NCBI GenBank assembly: GCA_031256725.1
Contig: JAIRQE010000005.1
Location: forward strand, 30,001-62,000
DNA length: 32,000 bases
Source of the DNA: Propionibacteriaceae bacterium
GTDB taxonomy: Bacteria > Actinomycetota > Actinomycetes > Propionibacteriales > Propionibacteriaceae
Direction: 5' to 3'
Each line of letters begins with the position of its first letter. Position 1 is the first letter of the stretch. Both the position numbers and the translations under genes were made by a program. The notes under the pieces are model-generated. The model did no database searches. It was not told where the DNA came from and was given only the letters and a program-made list of their open reading frames with translations. Shown in pieces: positions 1 to 9,009 of the stretch.

Positions 1-149
1 ACAACCCCGTGGCAAGTGATATGGATAATGCTTGCCGAATGACGGCTGGGCGATCCTTATCCTGGGTCAACTGGGTGGGGCACATTTCACATAGTCTATC
101 CTCGGTATCCCTATCGACGATGAGGAATCCAGGGGATGGGAGATGTGAT

Positions 150-545
150 CTATGACTGCTGCATTCTTTCAGAGAATTCTTGAGCCAGACCACCAAGGAT
201 GCTCATGAGGCGACCAAAGCAGGTCTTGAAATCCTCCGGTTTGGCGGTGAAGATCTCGGTTGCTACGGCGATGCCCTTATCGCGAATGATCAACTTTCCG
301 ACCTTGTATTCCTTGGTCAGTTCATTGGCGACCTGGTATGCCTTCGTCTTCTCAGCCTGGTCATCAAACTCCCAGCCGAAAAGACCGAACACCTTGAAGA
401 ATTGCTCATCGTCACTATCGACGTCAATGAAGAACGTATAACCCTGGTACTTAAACTCGATATCGCCATCGCTATCGACCTCTCCCTGGTACCCTTCAGC
501 GCGTAAATAATCCAGGTATAGTGCCTGTAACTGTGTCTTGTCCAT
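150..545 (-). CDS. Small acidic cytosolic protein, tentatively YbjN-like (T3SS-chaperone-like fold) family
   Basis: 131-aa ORF with an ATG start and normal acidic composition (EVDSDGDIEFKY..FFIDVD..FFKVF pattern typical of YbjN-like proteins). The overlapping + strand ORFs (180..506, 199..441) have junk-like composition. The family assignment is from memory only. Confidence 0.6.
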   Translation of the reverse strand: MDKTQLQALYLDYLRAEGYQGEVDSDGDIEFKYQGYTFFIDVDSDDEQFFKVFGLFGWEFDDQAEKTKAYQVANELTKEYKVGKLIIRDKGIAVATEIFTAKPEDFKTCFGRLMSILGGLAQEFSERMQQS

Positions 546-594
546 TCAAGTAGCTTACTGGGTTTCTAGGGGCAGAAATAGTGATCGACGTGAT

Positions 595-768
595 TCATAG
601 CTGGTCTTCGTCGGGATCAGCCTGGATGCGAACCACCCCAGAATCTAGGTCAACATCAATCGGACCAGGCCCTGGGGCTGGCGCCTCAAGGATCTTGTCT
701 TCTTGCCAGTCCTGCCATTCCTTCCAATGCCGAAGTCCCGGCTGGAAGATGACATCCCACCCACTCAT
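595..768 (-). CDS. Hypothetical 57-aa protein (MSGWDVIFQPGLRHWKEWQDWQEDKILEAPAPGPGPIDVDLDSGVVRIQADPDEDQL)
   Basis: Hand-translated ORF below the 60-aa cutoff of the track. Its ATG overlaps the TGA of the preceding 25-codon ORF (ATGA at 765..768). It lies on the same strand as the rsfS operon and shares a DVDLD motif with the upstream mini-ORF. Confidence 0.35.
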   Translation of the reverse strand: MSGWDVIFQPGLRHWKEWQDWQEDKILEAPAPGPGPIDVDLDSGVVRIQADPDEDQL

Positions 769-842
769 GAATCCTCATCAACTATGGTCACTTCAGCATC
801 AAGATCCACGTCTGGTTCTCGGTGATCGCGTGCATCACTCAT
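765..842 (-). CDS. Hypothetical 25-aa acidic mini-ORF ([25 protein letters not shown])
   Basis: Its ATG overlaps the rsfS stop (ATGA at 839..842) and its TGA overlaps the ATG of the next ORF. It could instead be the frameshifted 5' part of a single ~80-aa gene. Confidence 0.25.
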   Translation of the reverse strand: MSDARDHREPDVDLDAEVTIVDEDS

Positions 843-1225
843 AGATCAACCTTCTCCTTCGATGAACCCGGAGTCTCTAGCTCAATCACTGGGCAATCCT
901 TCCAAAGACGATCAAGGGCATAGGTCACTCTGGCTTCCTGATGCTGAACGTGAACGATGGTGTCAAAGAAGTCGAGCAAGACCCACGGGTCCTCCCGATT
1001 CCCTTCGCGACGTAGCGGCTTCACTCCTGCGCGGATGGAACGTTCCTCAATCTCATCAACAATGGCACCAACCTGGCGTTCATTGCTGCCAGAGACAATC
1101 ACAAAAACCTCAGCTATACCGAGTTTCTCCGAGACATCAAGGACGAGGATGTCCTTGGCTAGCTTGTCTTCCGCTGCTTCAACAGCCACACTTGCGATCC
1201 GAAGTGCCTGAGTACTTGCCGTCAT
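839..1225 (-). CDS. rsfS: Ribosomal silencing factor RsfS (iojap-like)
   Basis: 128 aa with an RsfS-like core (DILVLDVS...[21 protein letters not shown]...[22 protein letters not shown]). ATGA overlap with nadD. It sits in the conserved nadD-rsfS position. Confidence 0.93.
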   Translation of the reverse strand: MTASTQALRIASVAVEAAEDKLAKDILVLDVSEKLGIAEVFVIVSGSNERQVGAIVDEIEERSIRAGVKPLRREGNREDPWVLLDFFDTIVHVQHQEARVTYALDRLWKDCPVIELETPGSSKEKVDL

Positions 1226-1887
1226 GAAACCGCCTCTGGTTCTTGGTAGAGCCCACGTTTTTGGATATATTGAACGATACCGTCAGGAACAAGGTACCAG
1301 ATCGGTAGGCCTGCTCCCACTCTTTCACGACATGCAGTTGAGGAGATCGCGAGCGCTGGTACCTCCATCAGAGTGACCTTGTCCTTGGGCAGATGGGAGA
1401 TCGTCTCCTGATCCAGTGGAGATCCTGGGCGGGAGACCCCCACGAAACTCGCCAGATCAAAGACATCTTCAGCACCACGCCAACTCAAGATATTCGACAG
1501 AGCATCCGCACCAGTGATGAAAAAGAGTTCCGCTTCCGGCCCGCGCATCTTGCGCAGATCCTTCAAAGTATCAACAGTGTAGGTGTCCCCACCACGATCA
1601 ATATCGACTCGCGAAACCGAGAATCGTGGATTGGATGCCGTCGCGATCACCGTCATCAGGTAGCGATCCTCAGGGGCGGAAACCCGTTGACCGGCCTTCT
1701 GCCAGGAGGTACCCGTGGGTACGAAGACAACTTCATGGAGTCCAAATCGGGCAGCCACTTCAGAGGCAGCAACCAAGTGCCCGTGATGAATCGGGTCAAA
1801 GGTACCACCCATGACACCCAATCGAAGCCGGGTCACATCTGGAGCATGACTCAGACCTTCATCGGCTCCCAGTACAGGTTCTGTCAT
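1222..1887 (-). CDS. nadD: Nicotinate-nucleotide adenylyltransferase
   Basis: 221 aa with the nucleotidyltransferase signature [15 protein letters not shown] and a C-terminal SSTxxR-like motif ([10 protein letters not shown]). Confidence 0.93.
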   Translation of the reverse strand: MTEPVLGADEGLSHAPDVTRLRLGVMGGTFDPIHHGHLVAASEVAARFGLHEVVFVPTGTSWQKAGQRVSAPEDRYLMTVIATASNPRFSVSRVDIDRGGDTYTVDTLKDLRKMRGPEAELFFITGADALSNILSWRGAEDVFDLASFVGVSRPGSPLDQETISHLPKDKVTLMEVPALAISSTACRERVGAGLPIWYLVPDGIVQYIQKRGLYQEPEAVS

Positions 1888-1921
1888 GGGATCATTCTAC
1901 CGCGAGTATGAATGATTTCAT

Positions 1922-2218
1922 TTAAGTGAATGAGTTGGATTCTGCTTCCAGTGATCGCAGTTTGAGTGCCAATTCTTTTTTGGTGGGTTCTACGTAGAAG
2001 ACACCATCGGGGAAGATGATCACTGGGATTTTCTTTGAACCCGAGATCTCTTCGGCTCTCACCGCGGCTGATTCGTCGGCAACAAGATCCACGTATATGT
2101 ACTTGGTACCCTCCAGTTCGAAGACTTCCTTGGCATTACGGCAGTCAATACACCAGTCGGCTCCGTACATCACAACTTGGTCTGTGAAGTGTTCAGTCGT
2201 ACCCATTGTTGATGTCAT
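1922..2218 (-). CDS. Glutaredoxin/NrdH-like small thiol-disulfide redox protein (CxxC = WCIDC)
   Basis: 98 aa with a thioredoxin-fold pattern: [19 protein letters not shown] ... [10 protein letters not shown]. Its ATG overlaps the obg stop (ATGA at 2215..2218). Confidence 0.75.
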   Translation of the reverse strand: MTSTMGTTEHFTDQVVMYGADWCIDCRNAKEVFELEGTKYIYVDLVADESAAVRAEEISGSKKIPVIIFPDGVFYVEPTKKELALKLRSLEAESNSFT

Positions 2219-3783
2219 TCTTCCTCCACTTCTGGATCCTGCGACTTACGCGCAGGATGACTAGGAAACTCATCAGGGTAACTAGAAGGCTCATCAGGAT
2301 AACTAGGATCTGAATCGAGACCCATCAACGCAGCAGAGATCACCTTCTCTGCTTCTTTAGCAGCATGGTACTGCGAATCCTTAACCCGACGCCGTTGTAC
2401 AGCAGGGCGCAGGGCATCCAGTCGGTTGTCCTCTCCACGCCTGGACAGCAACTCGGCTCCAATATCGATCTGCGGAGCAAAGTCAAAGATCACGGCATCC
2501 TTGCCACCGATGGCGACAGTGTCACCCGGCTCAGCTCCCACAAACAGCAGCTCTTCTTCGATCCCGACCTTGTTGAGACGATCAGCGAGGTACCCCACAG
2601 CTTCAGCATTGCGGAAATCAGTCTGGCGTACCCATCGTTCCGGCTTGTCACCTCGTACCCTCCACAGGAAATCCCCGTGGTCATCGGATTCCTTGGTGAC
2701 CGTGAACTCGGGCCCACCATTCTGTTTCGGCTTCACCTTGACGATGATCGGCTGAGCCACAACTGGAGCCTCAGCCCTCTTGCGAGCCACCAAAGCCGCC
2801 ATGGCATAGGTCCATTCTTTCAGGCCCTGCCCTGATGTTGCTGACACCTCAAAAACATCCAGTCCACGCGCACGGATATCGTCTGCCACCATGACAGCAA
2901 GTTCGGCCCCATCTGGTACATCCACCTTATTGAGTACAACCAACCGCGGCCTATCCTCCAAGCCCCCGTAGGCTGCCAACTCGGTTTCAATGGCATCAAG
3001 GTCTGTGAGTGGGTCACGTCCAGGTTCATAGGTGGCACAGTCGATGACGTGTACCAATGCCTGACAGCGCTCAATGTGACGCAGGAAATCCAAGCCAAGA
3101 CCCTTACCCTGGGCAGCACCCGGAATAAGCCCAGGTACATCAGCGACCGTATAGGTGACAGACCCAGCAATGACCACCCCAAGGTGAGGTACGAGTGTGG
3201 TGAAAGGGTAGTCAGCAATCTCAGGACGAGCTCTAGAGATCGCTGCAATGAGAGAGGATTTGCCCGCACTCGGGAACCCCACGAGCCCGACATCGGCTAG
3301 TACTTTTAGCTCAAGGATGATTTCGAGGTCATCCCCGTCCTCGCCCAACAGGGCGAAACCGGGAGCCTTGCGGGCTTTAGTGGCGAGAGCAGCATTACCG
3401 AGACCACCATGTCCACCCTGGGCAATCACGACCTCGGCGACTGATCCCACAAGGTCAGCAATGGTTTCACCCGTTTCTGCATTGCGTACCAATGTTCCCT
3501 CAGGAACTGAGAGAATCACATCCGCTCCACTGGCACCATCTTGATGACCCCCACGACCTGGCTCACCATTCTTCGCCTTGCGATGGGAGTGATGGTGGTA
3601 ATCAATGAGGGTTGTGACCTGGGGATCCACGCGAAGGATCACCGAACCCCCATGCCCCCCATTGCCCCCATCGGGACCACCCAGGGGTTTAAACTTCTCA
3701 CGATGGACAGAGGTACATCCATGTCCTCCACGCCCAGCCGAGACATGGAGTCGTACCTGATCCACAAACGATGGAATCGCCAT
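2215..3783 (-). CDS. obgE: GTPase ObgE/CgtA with a C-terminal OCT domain and an acidic, repeat-containing tail
   Basis: 522 aa. Obg-fold Gly-rich N-terminus ([25 protein letters not shown]), G1 [11 protein letters not shown]3 DVPGLI, G4 NKVD, then an OCT-like segment (FTVTKE...[12 protein letters not shown]). Confidence 0.95.
   Translation of the reverse strand: MAIPSFVDQVRLHVSAGRGGHGCTSVHREKFKPLGGPDGGNGGHGGSVILRVDPQVTTLIDYHHHSHRKAKNGEPGRGGHQDGASGADVILSVPEGTLVRNAETGETIADLVGSVAEVVIAQGGHGGLGNAALATKARKAPGFALLGEDGDDLEIILELKVLADVGLVGFPSAGKSSLIAAISRARPEIADYPFTTLVPHLGVVIAGSVTYTVADVPGLIPGAAQGKGLGLDFLRHIERCQALVHVIDCATYEPGRDPLTDLDAIETELAAYGGLEDRPRLVVLNKVDVPDGAELAVMVADDIRARGLDVFEVSATSGQGLKEWTYAMAALVARKRAEAPVVAQPIIVKVKPKQNGGPEFTVTKESDDHGDFLWRVRGDKPERWVRQTDFRNAEAVGYLADRLNKVGIEEELLFVGAEPGDTVAIGGKDAVIFDFAPQIDIGAELLSRRGEDNRLDALRPAVQRRRVKDSQYHAAKEAEKVISAALMGLDSDPSYPDEPSSYPDEFPSHPARKSQDPEVEEE
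2269..2310. repeat. Imperfect 21-bp tandem duplication inside the obg 3' end (encodes the SYPDE repeats)
   Basis: ctcatcagggtaactagaagg (2269..2289) is followed directly by ctcatcaggataactaggatc (2290..2310). A partial third copy lies just upstream (caggatgactaggaaa). The protein reads [19 protein letters not shown]. Confidence 0.6.
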
Positions 3784-3932
3784 GGACTTCTCCTCTCTAC
3801 TGGGTCACCCCAGATGGTGACAGTGGGGACGGTCCCTTTGTCACACTTCACGCTTCGGTACAGTCATCCTACGCTGCACCCCATGTCACACCTTCACAAA
3901 ATCAGCTCTATCGCATGTCTACCGAGGTCAGG

Positions 3933-4024
3933 TGTGAAGTTTTGACTGTCATATGACCGAAATTAGTGTCGAAACTTTACATTTCACAGATCGGGGGTGT
4001 CGTTGGGTCTGGATTGTGAAGTTT
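3933..4024. repeat. Three copies of a TGT(G/A)AAGTTT(C/T) motif in the rpmA-obg spacer (candidate operator sites)
   Basis: TGTGAAGTTTT at 3933..3943. An inverted copy gaaactttaca at 3971..3981 (= TGTAAAGTTTC). TGTGAAGTTTC at 4015..4025, which is itself part of the near-palindrome GTGAAGTTTCAC. Confidence 0.4.
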
Positions 4025-4051
4025 CACCCGTAGAGGTCTTCGCCCATCCCA

Positions 4052-4083
4052 TTCAGCAGAAAAGGCGGCCCCGAGGACCGCCT
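4052..4083 (-). terminator. Probable intrinsic terminator after rpmA
   Basis: On the minus strand the hairpin AGGCGGTCC-tcg-GGGCCGCCT (4063..4083, one mismatch) is followed by TTTTCTGCTG. It starts 19 nt downstream of the rpmA stop. Confidence 0.55.
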
Positions 4084-4101
4084 ATTTCACTCAAACGCAG
4101 A

Positions 4102-4350
4102 TTAAGCAACGATAGACACGATCTTGCGACCGCGACGTATCCCGAACTCAACCTTGCCAGCCGACAATGCGAACAGGGTGTCATCCCCACCGCGACCGAC
4201 ATTGTCGCCCGGATGGAAATGAGTACCACGCTGACGCACGATGATCTCACCGGCGTTCACAACCTGGCCACCGTACCTCTTCACACCCAGATACTGTGGT
4301 GAAGAATCGCGACCATTCCTTGACGAGGATGCTCCCTTTTTGTGTGCCAT
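4102..4350 (-). CDS. rpmA: 50S ribosomal protein L27
   Basis: 82 aa: [48 protein letters not shown], a canonical L27. Confidence 0.97.
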   Translation of the reverse strand: MAHKKGASSSRNGRDSSPQYLGVKRYGGQVVNAGEIIVRQRGTHFHPGDNVGRGGDDTLFALSAGKVEFGIRRGRKIVSIVA

Positions 4351-4359
4351 ATCTCTACC

Positions 4360-4665
4360 TCACTTGATCTTGGTGATCTTCACCTGGGTGTAGCGCTGGC
4401 GATGACCCTGACGCTTCTTGTACCCGGTCTTGTTCTTGTACTTCAAAATCTTGATCTTCGGGCCCTTGGTCTCATCAAGTACCTCTGCGGTTACCTTCAC
4501 AGCAGCCAAAGTAGCCGAGTCGCTCGTCACCTTGTCACCATCAATCAGGAGCACTGCAGGCAGATTGATAGTGTCTCCAACCTTGGCATCCACCAAGTCA
4601 ATCTCCAGCACATCACCTTCGGTGACCTTATGCTGTCTACTTCCACCACGCACGATTGCGTACAC
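4360..4665 (-). CDS. rplU: 50S ribosomal protein L21
   Basis: The canonical L21 N-terminus [14 protein letters not shown] begins at the GTG at 4665. The ORF track extends it to the ATG at 4728 (+21 aa, not L21-like), so the start is uncertain between 4665 and 4728. Confidence 0.92.
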   Translation of the reverse strand: MYAIVRGGSRQHKVTEGDVLEIDLVDAKVGDTINLPAVLLIDGDKVTSDSATLAAVKVTAEVLDETKGPKIKILKYKNKTGYKKRQGHRQRYTQVKITKIK

Positions 4666-4763
4666 GACTTGCCTACTCTCGTCTCGACCTGTTTCCCGTA
4701 TCGGGGACGACGTGCCCACGCTGGACACCGACTGTCCATCTTAGTCGAAAGATCCATTTTGAA

Positions 4764-6101
4764 TCAAGCGAGAAGGGTTGACTCTTCTGTCCTCTGGTCC
4801 AAGAGCACTCTCGCCTGTCCTGCTAAGGCAACCGATCCAGCCAGAAAAATCCCTGATCCTGCCCCTGCTTCATCTGCCAAAGCCACAGCCGTATCAATAG
4901 CATCGGTCAGCTTTGGTCGTACCATCACTCGGTGTTCACCGAAGACCTCAGTTGCGCGTACCCACAAATCCTCGGCGGGCAGGGCGCGAGGATTGGCGGC
5001 CTGGGTCACAACAATCTGTGAGACCCTGGGCTCCAACAACTCCAAGACTGCATCCACATCCTTGTCCCCCATCATCCCCCAGATCGCGATCTGCGGAGCG
5101 AAGGCAAAGGCCTCATCCATGGTGTCCAAAGTCGACGCGACAGCCTGCGGGTTATGACAGGTATCGATCACGATAGGCGGGGAAACATGCACCCTTTCAG
5201 TACGAGCTGGAGCCTTAACCTCCGCGAACCCATCTTCGATGACTCCCGGATCAAGACCCCTAGCCCCACCAAGGGCTTCCACGGCTGCCACTGCAAGGAC
5301 AGCATTGCGGGCCATAGCTTCACCATAGAGAGGGAGGAAGAGACCGCCGGCAGGTCCCGCTGCTGATTCTAGGCGTACCACCTGTCCCCCAACAGCCAAG
5401 GTACGATCCAGGATCGCGAAATCATTTCCCTCACAGGAAGCAGCCACCCCAAGTTCAGCGCATCGGGCAAGGAGTACCTTTGCAGCCGGGGCTTCCTGAC
5501 CTGCAAGAACAACATGAGTCCCAGGTTTAATGATCCCAGCCTTCTCAGTGGCGATCTCTTCCAGGGTTTCTCCAAGATAATCAGTGTGGTCAAGCCCAAT
5601 GGGTGTGAAGACAGCCACCGTCGCATCGGCAACATTGGTGGCATCCCAGGCTCCACCCATACCGACCTCGATCACCATGACATCGACGGGGGCATCCGCG
5701 AAACAGGCATAGGCCATCGCCGTCATGACCTCGAACCCAGTCATCTCGATTCCGTCGAGAAGTTGCTCGTCAACCATCGTGACGAAGGGACTGATTTCCT
5801 CCCAGACCTCCACGAACCTCTCCTGAGAGATAGGTTGACCATCGATAGAGAATCTCTCCCAGAGATCGTTAAGATGGGGGGACGTGAACCGCCCCGTTCT
5901 TAACCCTTGGGCCCGCAGCAGTCCATCAATGATGATCGCTGTGGAGCCCTTGCCGTTCGTACCCGTGATTTGAATGACTGGAGCTGAATGCTGAGGGTCA
6001 CCCAGCAACTCCATCAGGGCAGAAATGCGAGCAAGGGAGGGCCCCACATGGTTCTCAGGCCATCGTCGTTTCAGTTCACTCAGTATTCGCATAACCATCA
6101 T
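4764..6101 (-). CDS. folC: Bifunctional folylpolyglutamate synthase / dihydrofolate synthase
   Basis: 445 aa with the Mur-ligase P-loop ITGTNGKGST, plus ...IEVGMGG..DATN and HNPQA motifs typical of FolC. Confidence 0.9.
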   Translation of the reverse strand: MMVMRILSELKRRWPENHVGPSLARISALMELLGDPQHSAPVIQITGTNGKGSTAIIIDGLLRAQGLRTGRFTSPHLNDLWERFSIDGQPISQERFVEVWEEISPFVTMVDEQLLDGIEMTGFEVMTAMAYACFADAPVDVMVIEVGMGGAWDATNVADATVAVFTPIGLDHTDYLGETLEEIATEKAGIIKPGTHVVLAGQEAPAAKVLLARCAELGVAASCEGNDFAILDRTLAVGGQVVRLESAAGPAGGLFLPLYGEAMARNAVLAVAAVEALGGARGLDPGVIEDGFAEVKAPARTERVHVSPPIVIDTCHNPQAVASTLDTMDEAFAFAPQIAIWGMMGDKDVDAVLELLEPRVSQIVVTQAANPRALPAEDLWVRATEVFGEHRVMVRPKLTDAIDTAVALADEAGAGSGIFLAGSVALAGQARVLLDQRTEESTLLA

Positions 6102-6180
6102 TACTCCTTTAATTGAAGGCTCAACACCTCAACGCGCTACGCATAATGCCCCGATTGAATTGATTAGTCATGGTAGTAGG

Positions 6181-6229
6181 AAAAACGAAGGGAAAGAAGT
6201 GGGCGACCCCTCCACCTGGGAAGGATCGC
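6181..6229 (-). terminator. Possible intrinsic terminator after fba
   Basis: On the minus strand the stem GCGATCC / GGGTCGC (6223..6229 with 6203..6209, one G-U pair) has a 13-nt loop and is followed by the T-rich CCACTTCTTTCCCTTCGTTTTT. This is weak: the T-run is not directly adjacent to the stem. Confidence 0.3.
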
Positions 6230-6263
6230 ACACTGTCAGATTTTGTACGCAACCTCGTACGGA

Positions 6264-7283
6264 CTAGAAGGTCTTGCCAGCGGACCTCAACTGCTGGGCA
6301 GCCTCAACAATGCGTTGGCTCATCGCGGCTTCCGCGACCTTACCCCAGGCGCGGGGGTCGTACTGCTTCTTGTTGCCAACCTCGCCATCGACCTTGAGTA
6401 CACCGTCGTAAAACTTGAACATATAGTCTGCGACTGGACGGGTGAAGGCGTACTGGGTGTCAGTGTCAATGTTCATCTTGATGACACCATAGTCAACAGC
6501 ATCAGAGATCTCCTGGACAGAAGACCCAGAGCCACCATGGAAGACCAGGGCGAAGGGCTTGTCGACACCATACTTGGCGCCAACGGCATCCTGGATCTCT
6601 TTGAGTACCTCAGGGCGAAGCTTGACTGCACCTGGCTTGTACACACCGTGAACATTACCGAAGGTCAATGCTGTGATGTACGGGCCGTTTTCACCAAGGC
6701 CGAGAGCCTCGATAGTGGCCATTCCATCGTCGATGTTGGAGTACAACTTGTCATTAATCTCATTGGCGACACCATCTTCTTCACCACCGACAACACCGAC
6801 CTCAATCTCAAGGATCTGCTTGTTGGCAGCAGTTAAGGCAAGCAACTCTTCAGCGATCTGGAGGTTCTCATCACGGGATACAGCAGAACCGTCCCACATA
6901 TGTGAACCGAACAAGGGATCCAGGCCAGCCTTGACGCGCTCAGCGGAGATCGCGAGCAGCGGTCGTACATAGGTGTCCAGTTTGTCCTTAGGACAGTGGT
7001 CGGTGTGGATCGCGATGTTCACTGGATAGTTCTTGGCGACCACGTGTGCATATTCAGCCAAGGCGACTGCACCAGTGACCATGTGCTTGATGGTTGGGCC
7101 AGATGCATATTCGCCACCACCTGTGGACACCTGAATGATGCCATCAGAACCGGCTTCTGCGAAACCGGCGAGGGCAGCATTGAGGGTCTGCGATGAGGTG
7201 ATGTTGATTGCTGGATAGGCGTAGGAACCGTCCTTGGCCCGCTTGATCATTTCGGCGTAAACCTCGGGATTGGCGATAGGCAT
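6264..7283 (-). CDS. fba: Class II fructose-bisphosphate aldolase
   Basis: 339 aa. MPIANPEVYAEMIKRAKDGSYAYPAINITSSQT...GIIQVSTGG...HTDHC closely resembles actinobacterial class II FBA. Confidence 0.95.
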   Translation of the reverse strand: MPIANPEVYAEMIKRAKDGSYAYPAINITSSQTLNAALAGFAEAGSDGIIQVSTGGGEYASGPTIKHMVTGAVALAEYAHVVAKNYPVNIAIHTDHCPKDKLDTYVRPLLAISAERVKAGLDPLFGSHMWDGSAVSRDENLQIAEELLALTAANKQILEIEVGVVGGEEDGVANEINDKLYSNIDDGMATIEALGLGENGPYITALTFGNVHGVYKPGAVKLRPEVLKEIQDAVGAKYGVDKPFALVFHGGSGSSVQEISDAVDYGVIKMNIDTDTQYAFTRPVADYMFKFYDGVLKVDGEVGNKKQYDPRAWGKVAEAAMSQRIVEAAQQLRSAGKTF

Positions 7284-7411
7284 GTTTTCTCCTGAAACTC
7301 GTAAAATCTGGGACCCAGTCTAGTACCGCTCACCTACGATGGAAGAGTATCCACTATGAGGTTGTACCTCCAGTTGGGACAATGATCGTATATGGGGCCT
7401 TGGTACCCTGA

Positions 7412-7933
7412 CTAGTTGCCTAAGGTTGAGGTGTCAACATGCTGGGTACCAGCAGAGTATGAGCGTACAGCAGCATCAATCGTACCCGGCATAACATCAA
7501 GATCAGCCACAGAAATCGAGGCTACGAATCCGTCAGCCCGAGTCACATTGAGACTGGGAGACCCACCAAATTTCCCTGGTGCAATATCAATCTTTAAGAT
7601 TTCCGTCCAGGCCATGCCCGTACCCTGGAGCCAGATTCCGTTACGATCCACAATTGCGGCAACTCCGGGGGTAATAGCGGCCAGTGCCTTCTTTGCGCGG
7701 CTATGATTCATGATAGCAATGATCAGCCAGATCACCGAGTACGTAAGCCCAATCCCGAAGAGAAGCCCCGTATAAACCGGTGTGAGCGTCGCGCGGCGCC
7801 ACATCCAGATCACTGTACAGATCACAATCGACATGATGAGCCACAACACCCGCGAACGGATCTGGCTCTTTGCATATGCCACACGATTAGCTGCAGACAT
7901 CGGATTGAACCCAATGAGTAATTGCTCAGGCAT
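7412..7933 (-). CDS. Hypothetical membrane protein (two TM helices plus a soluble C-terminal domain)
   Basis: 173 aa with hydrophobic segments VLWLIMSIVICTVIWMW and LLFGIGLTYSVIWLIIAIM, then a soluble tail. I recognised no family. Confidence 0.6.
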   Translation of the reverse strand: MPEQLLIGFNPMSAANRVAYAKSQIRSRVLWLIMSIVICTVIWMWRRATLTPVYTGLLFGIGLTYSVIWLIIAIMNHSRAKKALAAITPGVAAIVDRNGIWLQGTGMAWTEILKIDIAPGKFGGSPSLNVTRADGFVASISVADLDVMPGTIDAAVRSYSAGTQHVDTSTLGN

Positions 7934-8275
7934 GGGTTCATTCTAGTCGCTATTGGGGTACTCTCACTCAGTTTAGATCAACCTCAGCACCCGTCCTGCT
8001 AGATAAATCACCACTACTTCCAGTTTCAGGCTCTACTTCTGTACTCGGCCTAGATTAGGTCCTTGTTTTCTCAAGATTCTTGTACTGAAGTACAGACGCG
8101 ACGCGTTATGTCATGAAAAACATGAAGTATTGGTGGTTTTGATGATTCGGGGGCATTTGAGGCAAAACCTCAAATTCTTGATTCGGTATTGATGCATGGC
8201 GAGTTTATGTGCTCGGTCAACAAGGGGGGTAGACTCAGGCCTAAGATTCACCCATGACCTGCAAGGAGTGGAAAA

Positions 8276-8863
8276 GTGGCCGGAAACTTCCAGCAACCGC
8301 ACATAGAACCCGCACTGTGTTTCGATGTCACCATCGAGATCCCCAAGGGGACTAAGAATAAGTACGAAATGGACCATCACACGGGCCGCATCCGCTTGGA
8401 TCGCACTTTGTTCACCTCCACTCAGTATCCCAATGATTATGGCTTCATTGAAGGTACCCTCGGCCAGGACAATGATCCCCTTGACGCAATGGTCATCCTC
8501 CAGGAGCCAACATTTCCTGGGGCTCTCATCGAGTGCCGCGCGATCGGAATGTTCCGCATGAGTGACGAGCAAGGCGGGGATGACAAGGTACTCTGCATCG
8601 CCACAGCCGACCTTCGCCAGGCGAATGTGCGTGAACTCACCGACCTCTCAGATCTCACCCTGTTGGAGATTGAGCACTTCTTCAGCGTGTACAAGGACCT
8701 CGAACCAGGCAAGTCCGTTGAGGGAGCCATCTGGGTTGGACGCGCTCATGCAGAGCGTGAGATCCGCGACTCATGGGAGAGGGCTCGTGGTACGTCCCAT
8801 GCCAATGAGTTCACCCCACCAGCAACCGCAAACAACGAAGAAGCCAACTCAAGTCGCAAATAA
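8276..8863 (+). CDS. ppa: Inorganic pyrophosphatase (family I)
   Basis: GTG start with AAGGAG 8 nt upstream. [18 protein letters not shown]...[23 protein letters not shown]...GGDDKVLC are family I PPase signatures. About 25 aa of non-conserved C-terminal tail. Confidence 0.95.
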   Translation: MAGNFQQPHIEPALCFDVTIEIPKGTKNKYEMDHHTGRIRLDRTLFTSTQYPNDYGFIEGTLGQDNDPLDAMVILQEPTFPGALIECRAIGMFRMSDEQGGDDKVLCIATADLRQANVRELTDLSDLTLLEIEHFFSVYKDLEPGKSVEGAIWVGRAHAEREIRDSWERARGTSHANEFTPPATANNEEANSSRK

Positions 8864-9009
8864 ATCTCTGTCACCCTGCGCCAATCACAAGGCCCCGACA
8901 GGAGTGTCAGGGGACGCATCTCTTGACACATCTTCAGGTCTAAGGATTCCTCGAATAACTGAGGATGATATGCCAAGAGATACCTCCCTTGACACCTCGG
9001 ACAAGAGTA

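Noticed and set aside
581-844. 87-aa plus-strand ORF in the rsfS to YbjN-like gap
   Set aside because: Its Ser/Cys/His/Trp/Pro-rich sequence looks like an antisense frame. The minus-strand mini-ORFs with ATGA coupling explain the open frames better.
4342-5157. 271-aa plus-strand ORF
   Set aside because: It lies entirely antisense to folC and rplU, which have clear family signatures. Its Ser/Leu/Arg/Cys-rich composition is typical of the reverse frame of a GC-rich gene.
6243-6836. 197-aa plus-strand ORF, and the other + ORFs across 6673..7196
   Set aside because: They are antisense to the class II aldolase gene, which is near-identical in pattern to known FBA.
8111-8572. 153-aa minus-strand ORF
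   Set aside because: It overlaps the ppa start and 5' region in antisense. ppa has a strong SD and canonical PPase motifs.
8922-8995. Two CTTGACAC boxes (8922..8929 and 8988..8995) resembling -35 elements in the ppa/ygfZ convergent spacer
   Set aside because: No acceptable -10 element lies at 16-18 bp from either box, and the region is between two converging 3' ends. This is probably coincidental.
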